This document shows positions 1 to 12,000 of a stretch of 64,000 bases of DNA, in pieces. Origin of the DNA: an uncultured Planctomycetales bacterium (GTDB lineage: Bacteria; Omnitrophota; Gorgyraeia; Zapsychrales; GWA2-47-8). A model generated the notes under the pieces. That model saw nothing but the letters and a program-made list of their open reading frames with translations, was not told the DNA's origin and did no database searches. A program made the position numbers and the translations under genes. The number at the start of each line of letters is the position of its first letter. Position 1 is the stretch's first letter. The stretch spans positions 119,859 through 183,858 of the forward strand of contig CAZCLW010000001.1 in assembly GCA_964499685.1 (NCBI GenBank). Direction: 5' to 3'.

Positions 1-40
1 CGCCTCGGTCCTTGAGCTGCATCATGAGATATGGGCCGTC

Positions 41-3000
41 TTGAACCCGACCAAAACCCACGGCCGCAATCCATATCAATGGGTCGAACCTCAGGAGGGC
101 CGCAAGCGTCTCGGCCAGCATATTGAAGCCATACTTAAAGGCCGCGGTTCAGAGAAGACCGCCGGCCTTTTAAGACCGTTTAAAGTCCAGGCCAAGGCCC
201 AGTCCCGTGCGCCGCAAAACGGTTATATATTCATCGGCGCGGCGAATAAGAAAAATATTGTCATTAATTCAAGTCAATTTAAACCGGATTCATGGATCGA
301 AATAATCCCGATGTTCATTGATTCGAATGACCTCAGTAAAGGTGCTTATCTGTATTTTGTGACTGAGGATAAAAAGGTGCTGGAATATGAGTTCCATGCC
401 GACGGCAGATATGTCCGGCCCAGAAAGACCGACGATGAGAGAGCACAGGAAGACAGCCTGCAGGCCCTTCGCAATTATATTGAAGCCCTTATCAGCGGCC
501 GTCCTCTGACCGAAGCGGCATTGGCATTAAAGACATTTACGTTAAAGGCACGCAAACAGCAAGGCGCACGCGGCGGTTACGGCCAGCTCTACTTTGGTTA
601 TGTGGAAGGCCGCGCCGTCCTTATTACCTCCAAAAAATTCAAACCGGGCAAAGCGTTCGTCATCGAACCCGTCTTGATCGACCCTAAGGATGCTTCCAAA
701 GGTATCTATCTGCTTGTAAAGGTCTCCCGCAAAGAAGCGGTCCGTTATAATTTCAACAAAACCGGGGTTCCTTTCTTTACAGCTGTTGATCAGGAGGCCG
801 ATGAAAAGCAGCGCGGCAGCCAGGCCATCAAGAATTACATTGATGCGCTCTTAAGCGGAGAGGACCTCGCAGAGGCCGCCGAGGCTTTACTGGAATTCAA
901 AGTAAAGGTCCATAAGGACGCTGATACCGGAAGGATCGATCTTGGGCTATATCGGGGAGGTTTGATCCAATTGACCCGTCGGGAATTTGTGCCCAGGACA
1001 TTTGCCGTGATCAGGCCGGTCTTTGTCGATCCGCAAGACCACTCCAAGGGCGCTTTCTTTGAGATCATTCAGGAGGAGAAGAAATTTGTTTATGAGTTCA
1101 CAGCGCATCGTAGGCCGTACATTGAGGAGAAAAAATCCGATAAGGTCAAGGCATTGCGCGACAAGACCAAGCCGATCGTTGAATACGTCGCAGCTTTGGT
1201 CAAGCGGCAGAATTTACGGACAAAGACGGCGAATCTTACCGGATTCGATATGAAAGTCGGGTCGAACGGCCGGAAATCCAAGAAAGGTAAGCTTTATTTC
1301 GGTGCCTTTAAAGGGCGCTCAATTGCCATTCTGTCGAGCCGTCTTAAGCCGGAGACAACCGTCCGTATAGAACCTGTTCTGCATGATCCTCAAGATCTCA
1401 GTCTCGGAGTTTACTTGAAGGTCTTATTGCCGACCGGTGAAGATTTGGAATATGAGTTCTATAAAGAATTTGCGTATTTAAGAGTAAAATCGGATGCGCA
1501 GACGACGGCGTTAAGAAAGAACATTCAAAACATCCTTGATTATATCGACGCGCTTATCCGGAAGAAGAATTTGACCGTTTTTGTCGAAACCATGGCCTCC
1601 TTTACGATGCCGGTCGGTAAGCTGGACAAGGAAGGAAATTTCGGCAAGCTCTTTTTCGGTAAAGTCAGGGCCAATCGCATAGCTGCGATAGGCAATCAGC
1701 AATTAAAATATGGCACCAATGTTGTCGTCAACCCTGTCCAGGTCGATCCGAGTGATCCTTCCCGCGGCGTCGAGCTTCATATTATGCTGCCGGAAGGCAC
1801 AATTCTTGTTTACAAGATCAGCAAGACTCGCACACACTTCTTTGAACTCAAGAAGGATACGGTCAAGACCACCCGGCTCAGCCGGGGAAATGCCTTGGCG
1901 GATATCAAGAAACCAAATGTCGAATGGAGACGGGTACCGCTGACGATCAAGAAGGAGCTTGTTCAGGAATTGGCACGGCTGCTTGGCAAGCGTCCTTCCG
2001 AACTCATTATCAAGGATTTTGGCCGCAAGATTCCTTCCGTTGGCCGGACGCTTAACGGCTTGATCGACTCATACAGACAAGAAGGAGATGACCGCTTTGC
2101 CGCCGTCAGTCGATTGCAGGAAGATTTAGGGTTTACCCACAAGGTAACGGTCGAGGAATACCGGTGGGAAGAAAAATACCGGGACGAGGAGAAGGTCAAA
2201 GAAGCCTTAGACCTGAAAGACATTTCGCCAGCCGCTATGGAAGCCGTGGGTCTAAGCGGCGGTGTCAATAAGACGACGGAACGAAAGCTTTTTGCCGAAG
2301 TTAATAGAGGTAATGCGGCCGCGCGCGATGCCGCTTATCATTTATACCGCAATCTGGTCCCGGCCGCTTTGAGACGTATTGATAATGCTGTCGCCAATGC
2401 CAACGAAGGCGAATTTATCGCCATTGGTGACGCCGAACTTTTACGGCGTATCGATACATTCGGTCTGCGCCGAAGAAATTACAGGCTTTCGACCTATGCG
2501 TGGAAATCCATTACTAAGGTATTGCTGGACCATGCCAGAAAGTTCACGACTATTTCACTGGACAGCGCCATGGGTAAAGATGGGGATATGGCATGGAAGG
2601 ATATCGTTGTCAGCAGCCGTTCATTTACCAATAACGATGGGCACCGCCATAAACATCTAATACAGGAAGGCGGGTCCGATGTTGATGAAGCGGTCAAGCT
2701 TCTGGAAAAGAACCATGAGCCCAGCCGGAAGATCGAGGCCTTTATACTTCTTGCCCAGGGTGCGACGGTCGCCGATCTGGAAACAGAATATATTTTCGGT
2801 GATGAGTCTCTTCAGGCGATGCTGCGGCGCCAGATCAACATCATTCAGCACAATTCTCGCTGGGATAATACGGTGCTAAGAACGGCGCCAAAAGCCCATA
2901 AAGATCGCCATAAGCCTCGGAAGAATAAAGCCCCGGCCCTGCCGGTCAGCGATCCTGCCAAACCGCGTCCCGGAAAGACTGAAGCTGATGTCATTCAAGG

Positions 3001-6000
3001 TCTGCAAGAGCTTGCGGAAAAGGCTCTGGCGGGATGGAAAGCGGTCAGCGCAAAAGATCTGCCGAGTTTTGTCAAAGAGGTCCTGCAGTATTTCAAATAT
3101 ATCGGCGATGAGGTCCGTTATAAAAGACTGATGGCGCTGATCAGCACGAACCGTCTGATGATCGGCGATGATCATATCTTCTACGGCGCGAACGATTTTG
3201 ACGGAACAAACGAAGACACTTTCCGCATCTTTATTGCCCTTAACGATAATCCCGACCCTGCCGCAACCCTTATTCATGAATTAAACGGTGAAGATCACCA
3301 AGCCAATCTGGAAGCTGAACGACGCTTCCGCAATGTCGTTAAGAGCTCGTTAAATCCGGGCAAAACCATGTCCATGGGAAGTCCTTTCAGGGTTTATGAT
3401 CTTTCTCTTCCGATCCTCCTTGCCGGCCTGGGAATACCGTATATCTTGGCTTTATCCATGCCGGCCACAATTGTTTTGATTGTTATTGTCTTGATTGCCT
3501 TCTTAGCAGCCCTAAGTGATGCCGAAAATGTCGGAGACGTGATCGGAAAAACGATAGTTCTTTCAGTTGTTCTTCTGCTTATCGTTGCGGCGGCTTATTA
3601 TGTGGTCTGGCCTGTTGCGCTATTCGTTCTAAATCTCGCCTGGAGTGCGGTGTCATTTATCTTTACGATCATCGCGTATCCTTTTGTGGTCTGGTATGAC
3701 TTGTTTGTCATGTTTCAAGAAGAGCCGTACGGTTTCGGATGGCTAAAAGCAGCATTCATTGCTCTGGTAGCGGAAGGCGCTATTGTCGGTGTTATCAGTA
3801 AGGCGTTGACTTTGTTCTTTTCTTCAAAGGATAAAAAGGAAAAAGAAGAAGAGTTTGCGGAGGAAGATGCTATTTCATTATATGCCGTTATTTTTGGTAT
3901 CCCTGCGCTTGTCGGGCTTCCATTTATTATTTATGCGAATTGGGGCTCGATCCTTTCCAGTATAGGGATAGGAGCGGAATATTTCATTGGCTGGAATTTG
4001 CACTATTTGTTAGGTGCTCTATTGGTCATCGCCGCTGTTGGTCATATTTATAAGAAATTATCTCAAAATTATGATCCCAAAGATGTATCGACTATTATGT
4101 ACTTCCTGGCAGCTATTGTTGCGCCTGTGGGAGAAGAAATTGTCTTCAGGTGGCTGTTGTTTAATTTATCGATCTGGTTATGGATAGACTATTTCGGCCT
4201 TACACAAGAGTTTGTATATACCCTTCCCCTATTTGGGTACACCATTGATGGTATATCTCTCGGTCTCTTGATCGCTGTTCTTGCTAATGCCGAACTTTTT
4301 TATAAAGCACATGGTAGCGGTAAGTGGTTCCATCATTGGTTAATTGGAGTGGTTGCCTCATATTCTTATTTCAAGACCAACTCTTTGGTCGTTCCTATTG
4401 CAATGCATTTTATTTGGAATGCGACTGCCACAATCGTTGCGGTCCTGCTCAATGCGGTTGCACCTTTATCCATGGTCGATTTAAAAGGTATGTTGGGGTC
4501 TTCGGACGGGAAAGCCGTCGAGACAAAGAAAACCTCCTTCCCGCACGTTCTTATTCTCGGCAAGCCGGGCAGCGGCAAAAGCGAGGCGGGCAGGCGTCTG
4601 GCCCAGAAATACGGAGTTCCGTTCATTGATATCGGTGAAATTCTACGGCAAGAGCGGAATGCCCAAGCAAGACAAGAGAAAGTTCCTACCGAGAACGACT
4701 TTAAGCCCGGCATAGAGGCCTTAAAGGCCAGGCTGGCCGATTCGACATTGGTCCAAAGCGGTTTTGTCCTGGTGTGGGCGCCGCGCGATGAGGCTCAAGC
4801 TGAGTTCTTCACCGAATATCTAAGAAAGAACAAGATAGAAGACAGGTTGCTGGTATTTTGGATCCGGCTGCCTAACGCCGTGGCCAAAGAAAGAATACTT
4901 AAACGTGGATTGACTTCCGGCCGGACTGAAGACAAAGAGGCGGGTAAAGTTGCCCGCCGGCTGGCAAGGTTTTATCAATACGGGCACCCGGCGATCAAGC
5001 GAATGATGGAGCTCGCCGGATTCAAAGTGTTCTTTATTGAGGGGAAAAAGAGCGCTGACAAAGTATTCGTGTCCATGGTTAAAGCGGTGGACCGCCGTTT
5101 AGATAGGCAGCGCACTGAAGACCCAGTTCTTTTGGCCTTGGCCCAGATCGGCGAAAAGGAATTCCCGTCGTTCACTGAAGAAAAGTCCTCTCCCGAAACA
5201 TTCTTTATGCAAGCCTTAAAGGCTATTCATGAGTTGCTTAACGAACGCGCCCGGATTATGAGCGATCTCTTGCCGGCTTCCGCTTCTGCGGATGGACTGA
5301 AACGCTTCGGCGAAATTCTGCGCACTCATCAGTTGCCCGGCCTTGATGTCAAGGCTGTCTTGGATCAAATTTATGACAAAGCGGCCTTTATTGATCGCGA
5401 TGGGACTCGGCTGGAAGAGCCCGGGATGCTTCATTATGTAAAGATCGTTCAGGGTGCGGTCCGCCACTTCGACCAGTTCAAGGGCGACTTAGGATTGATC
5501 CAGAGAGCCGCCCGCACCATCTTCGATTATTACATTTTTTATCATTTAGCTCTGTTATCATTGCGGCTCTGGGACGATCCGGATAGTGCCGATAGGAAAT
5601 TGGACAAATTGCAAGGCCTGCTCGACCGGCTTCAAGGCCATGAAGGCAGCGGTCAGCAATTTACCGTGCATGCTGTTTCGCTGATTTCCTTCCCGATCGC
5701 CAAGCCCTCGCGCAATGAACAGCAATACATCGACCTCTACGGCCGTATCGCCGCTCTGGATCCCCGGCACCAGCTTCCGTTCCGCAAAATCCAGGCCGTC
5801 AATAACGGGCGGCATCTTCTGACGCAATTGACCGTCGCCGAGGAAAGTATCGTCCGTCAGGCCAATCGGGTGGATTATTTCATGATGCTCCATGATCTTG
5901 CGGCTTTGTTGAAAGTCTATGCTTCTCTCGGGCATCTTTCCATGCAGGACCATGCCAAACGGGAAGTCGTGGAAGGTATTCTTGCCATCCTTTCCGGAGA

Positions 6001-9000
6001 TATTGAAGCGTTTGTCGACGGCAGTATTTTCCGCGCCCTTCGGCCGTATAGTCCGCCCGAAGAAGTAGCGGTCTTTATTCAGGCTTTGGAAAGATTGCAA
6101 GAAATAACGAAAGAGGCGCTGATGCGCGATATGGAAGTATTGAACCCATCGACGCAGATCTTCTCACCGCTGGCGGAATTGATCATGATGCCGCATACGT
6201 TCCTGAATGCAATGGTCATGGCCTCGCTCTTCGAACGCGGACTCGAGGTTTTTGCTTATGACGATATTCACTTCAGCCGGGCTCAAGCTGTGGAAAATCA
6301 GCGCAGATTGGCGTGGGCCGAACGGGTCAATCCGTTGTGGCAAATGATCCAGGTCAGGGTCTTCCGCTATGATGTTAATACCGCACAGGATCTATTTGAT
6401 CAAACGCTTAATTACCTCCGGCACTCTTCTTCAGGTACCGTGACCGGTGCGTCTAAACCCGCAGTCGCCCATCTCTCCCTCGCCCAGATCGGCGAAGAGG
6501 AGTTCCCGCGGTTCAATCTGCTGCTTCGCTGGGTCCTTATGCTAAGCGGCGTCATCATGCGGCATGAGTTGGGCCATTTGATCGGCGCTATTCTATTCCA
6601 ACAGAAATTTAAGACTTCACTTAAGGAAGTCGTTTACACTGGCCGTATTACGGGAGTGCGCGGCCTTCCGCTCACCTTCGGGTTCCTGGCCAATCTCTTG
6701 ACCGCCACGGCCGCTTTCCTTCTCACGCTTTACTCTTATCCGTCTCATGGGCATCTGACCCTTGCCTTGTTTACCATCGGCACATTGGACTTCATAGCCG
6801 CTGTTGTGGAGCTGGTCGCCAAAGAAGGCGATCTTTATAAATACGCGCCGATCATCCGCGGCCGCCTGAAGCTCAGCGTCGGTTCCTTGCGCCGGATGCC
6901 GTATTTGGCGCATTGGCTGAAGATGGAGGAAGGGACTCTCTCCCGGCTGCTTTCCAGCCGCGATCCGAAAGACCTTAAGGAAATATTCAAGGTCATCGGC
7001 CGACGCGCCGGCCGCACCTACGGCGCCGATGGACTCCACGAAGTAAGCTGGCGCCTGGTGGATTATTTTGAATATCTGGAACGTGTCCAGGCCTCACCGT
7101 TTGCCAAAGTAAAGCCCTACAATCCGGAGAAGGAAAATAGCGCGGTCGAAGTGCAGCCGCTTGAAAAAGAATTCCGGACGAAGTTCGGCGAAAAATTCGT
7201 CTTTGAGCGGTATTGGAAAGTGATCCTGCGTATCGTCGAGGACAATCTCTCCCGCGGCCTGAGCCAAGAAGAATTCGCCGTCCTGCAGAGCTTTATCGCC
7301 CATAATCCGCTGATGGCCAATTATCTGTTCAACAGCTATCTCCTGAAAAACCAGGGGCTCTATGTGCCGCTGTGGATGTCTTACTCGGAGGGAGTGCGTT
7401 TCGGCAAACGCTGGAGAGAACTGCGTCGAAAGCATAAAGAAGCCATTCAGGCAGGCTTAAGAGGTATTTTGTCGACGAGAAAGATCGAGCAATATGCCAA
7501 GGGGATGATCGTTCCTTTGGAAGCGTATATGGAACATTCCAAATATCTGCAGCAGCAGTTTGCCGGCCGCAATTTCAGCGCCGGATTTTATCTGCAGTAT
7601 TTGGCCGAGACCGACTACTTCGACCTGGAAGCGACCGCGAGCCGCATCGAGGATTTATTGATCCTTATCCAAAAAGAGTCGCACCGCAAGAAATTCAGGG
7701 TCCTTCTGGCGGCCTATGACCGCTTGAGGGCCGTGCCCAGTATCGTCTTTGCCGCCGAGATGGTCAAATTCATCCTCGACCGGCAAGATCTTACTTTCGA
7801 GATCATCGGGCTGGATACGGATCCTCTGAATGTGTTGCAGGGCCGTGAAAAACTGGCCCGCTTCGGTATGGAAAATGCCGTGAGCCTCGTTGGGCCGGAC
7901 AATGTCCGCCTCGGCGAGATGGTCCGTAATCATGAAAGTATCGAGGCCAACGACCTGCGTGAATTGTTGTTCCAGACTGAACTGATCGAAAGCGGATTCG
8001 ACCTCATCATCTATTATGATCCGGGCCAATTGGTGGATCCGGGCCCGCCTTTGGCCAATACACGAAGGACGGCCGAGAATTTTGAATATGTCCTGAATCA
8101 AAACGGTTTATTGCAGCTCTTTGTCCGTGAATCGAAACTGCAAAAGAGCCTGGCGTTCCGTCTTTTGACACAGGCCGCCTGGATTCCGGTCCGTCAGGGT
8201 GTCGTCAGCGCTGTCCAGCCTACGGCGCGATGGGACCTTCCGTATAATCGGTATACCTTCGATAAGAAGGGTCTTATGGAGTTCAATGACCGGTTGTCCC
8301 TCCTCGGACAGGAGACAAACAAAGTGGGAGATCCCCATTACACAGCCGAACAGCTGGAGAATCTGGCTACATTGGGCGAGATAAAGCGCCGGATCGATAA
8401 CAGACGCCTGCGCACTGAGGCCGCCATTTCGGATTGGAACGGCGATAAAGCCCTTTGGTGGGAGAAGATCGTTATTGAATACCGCCGGGCCTTTACCGAA
8501 TACATCGCCCGCGGCGGGGAGCGGGACAGGTTTACCTTCGATGTCTTCCTCAATGGTGATGCTCTCTTTGCCGAATATAGAGAAGGACAGCCTTATCCTG
8601 ATGATCCATGGAGTGTCTTTAAGCTTCTTTCCGGCATGGACCCGAAAACAGGTGAAAAGATCGAGAATAAAGGGACCCCCGAAGGAATGCAGTTCCATTT
8701 GATCCTGGGTATGAACGAATATCTATTCCTGGCCGCCAAGATGGAGAATGCGATAGGCTTGCGGCTGATGCTGGGAGATAAATTCCGGCCCGGATTCGAG
8801 CGTCTGGGTGTTTCGGGCAACAACTTTGACGAAAGAAAACAAAGCTTTTTGAGCAATCCGGCCATCGATAGAATTTACCGCTGGATCCGTCAGAATGCGC
8901 ATTTGTTCAAGATCGGCGCCAACGGTACGTTATATATAAGCGGCGGTGCATCGATTGCCGTCAGCATGCAGAACTTTGACGAGACATTGTTCACCCAGTT

Positions 9001-12000
9001 GATGAGACTCGAGGAACATTTGCGCGAAGAAAAGAACGGACGCTTTGTTTACACGCTGACCAATGATCCGCATCTTCAGGCCATGGCCGGCTCCAAAGAA
9101 ACACTCGATTCCCAGTTCCGTCTTGGGCCGCGGCATCTGCACAGGCTGAGCACGCTCTTTTCATCGCCGTTCATTTGGCTCATTAATAACAGCCGGTTGA
9201 ACCGTGAGAACCTGCAGGGCGGCATCATCGGCGCCGGCGACGGTATGGTGACCATAGGACAAAAAGGCATCCGCTATTATACGCAGGCAGGATCCTCCGA
9301 AGGCCAGAAAAGCATAAAGAAAATTAAACTCCTCACAGGTGAGGAATTTGTGAAACAGTTGCACCAGCTGGTCGTTGAATTAAAGACCCTTGAGTATGAC
9401 CGGGGCCGCATGGACGAAGCCGCCAAGCGGCTCAGGCCGGGATTTGAAAGAGCGGTAACGTCTATTCTTAATCTGGCATCGGAGATCGGCCTCGGGCGTT
9501 ATAAATTGGGTACGCTGCGGGATAAGGTCCCGGAGAATATGAAATTCAAGATCCGCCGGGTCCTGGCCGGCCTGGGGCATTTCGTGTCGCCTGACAGTAC
9601 GCAGCGGCGAAAAGAGATCAGAGCGAAACGGCAGGCCAGATTGGATGAAGCCAAGCGGCGCCTTCAAAAATCAATAGACGCATTCGATATGGATGTAGTT
9701 ATCAAGGAATTGGAGGCCCTGGAAAAGGACCCGCGCAACGATGAGCGCATATTGGAAATGGGCGGTTCGTTTACGATAGAAGTCGAGATCAAGAACCGAA
9801 AGGGCATGCATTTGCGGCCGTCCATGATGGCCTTCACCCTCTTGGCCAGCTTTTTGGATCAAGTGACTGTGACCATAAAGAATGTCACTACCGGCAGCGA
9901 TGAGATAGACGGCCACACGCTGATGCAATTCCCGATGTTGGCGGCCAAAAAAGGCGACCGCCTTCGGGTTGTTATCGTGGCAAAGGATCCGCAGTACAAG
10001 CTGGAGATGTTGCAGGCAGCGGTTGCCTTAAAGATCCTTATTGAAGAAAGAATTTTCGGAGAAGTTGAGGGTCTTGAGAGGGAAGCCGAGGAGCTGTATA
10101 GCGCCAATCCAGAGGAGATCGTCAAAGAAGTTACGGCGTTCAGCGCTGATCAACTTTTTGAAAAACTGCAACCTCGGCCATCCGAAGGTCATGGTGAGCT
10201 CAAGACCGCATCCTGGGCCAGGGCGCCCTTAAACGGCCCGTTGCCGAGAAAACCCGGAATATATATCGATGCGGAGCGGACCATGCTCCTGCGCGATGAG
10301 GATATTATCGCTTTACGGCAGCAGGCAGAGGCGGCCTTGGCCAAGGAACCGTTGGCAAAAACCGTGACCCTTGACCTGCCGCGCGGCGGAGCGCTCAAAT
10401 TCTCCGTCTTCCATCTTGACCGGAAGATATTCCTGCTGCCTTTGAAGATCGCTTCCGACGGACGCTTAGGCGCGGACTTGGCCAGGGCCTTGGCCATGAC
10501 CGGCATCATGCTGTTCTATGATCTGTTCATTGTCCTTCCTGCTTCACATATCATCTCGCCGAATTTCTCAGATCACTTAGCTGCCAGTATCCCCGAACAT
10601 CAAATTATCGTTTTACACGATCGTCTGATACCGTTGATGCGCAAGCTCGACCGGATATTACCTGGCACCGGTTCGACTTTCCGTCAAGTTCTTCTGATGC
10701 ATGAATTGCGCCATGTCTTAAGATCGCTAGGACAAAGAGATGACGAAGAACATCATGAGCAGCTTGACCGCATGCAACTGAGGGTCTTATCGGTGTATGA
10801 GCAGTTTGATATTGGGCCATTAATGTCCTTGCTCTTGGAAGAAGGTGTCGTTGACGCGGAATTCAACCGACGGCTTGGTGCTGAGAATGCGGTCAATGTG
10901 AATCGTTTGCCGGAGCACATTGACATGGTAGAGATCATCCACGCGGATGAATTTTTCAAGGATTTGAGCCGATGGTTAGGTAAGAACGGGGATATTTCTT
11001 GGGATGGCGGAGAACGTTACGGAGTGGTCTGGGCCCGCCTTGAGTATGTTAAGAAGCAAGAATTTCATTCCATCCAGGTAATGGCGGAAGACGACTGGAA
11101 AGGCCGGTTTGCCGAAATGGCGATTTTGGACAAAAACCGCGGCGTCTGGTATCCGGAAAGAGGCGCTTTCGGTCAGCTTATTCTCAGCACTTACCGTTAT
11201 CATGACGGCCGCATCGCTGTATTGATAGAAGAAATTCAGCCTGACCATTACCGCAAACTGAGCCATACCCGCCGCCGGCATCTGGATATGTGGCGGCAAA
11301 AGGCGGTTCAAAAGATCGCGGAGTGGGTGGTTGCCAACGGCTATGAGCTTATCGCCGCCGGGCCGGAAATGATAAGGTCCGTTTACCGCAAGAAAAACGG
11401 AAAGACCTTATCGGATTTTGAAGTACGGAAAAATTATATGGAGCCTTATGATCCCGACTTGTGGAAAACACGACGGTTCATTACGCCGCACTTCCCGGAA
11501 TACGAAGCATTGTACGTATTCAGGAATGGACATCATCGGCCCGGTACCGCCAACGGGGACCGGCAGCCGCTCGCCATAACAACAATACCAACGATGGCCC
11601 ATTCTATCTCCTCTTCCGGCATGTTGGCGGTCGCCCAACGCTTTAAAGATGACCCGTCCATTGCCAGCCACTTCAGGATATTAGGCGATGCGCTGAAAGT
11701 GCTTGAGGAATATATCGCTTCAAGCGGCAAAGTGACAGGGCCGCCGATTGTGGCTTATAGAACCACAGACGGACAAGTCATCTGGAACTTAACCACAGAA
11801 AAAATCTTCGAGATTCTACTGGAACGCGGGCATAACAACGGCTTCATCCGCTTCGTCATCGATCAAATCAAATTGCATGAATCAAGAGAGACGGAAGCCG
11901 CCGCCATCAAAGCCCAAGTGGATGAAATGGCCGCTTGGTACGGCCGTCATCTTTCCGATAAGCGCCGTCAGGCCTTGTCCAGGTCCAGCAAAAGCCTTGC

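Noticed and set aside
10699-10719. Third HExxH (LLMHELRHVL) as a metalloprotease site.
   Set aside because: It is not in a hydrophobic helix and lacks a downstream third ligand motif, so it is probably fortuitous.
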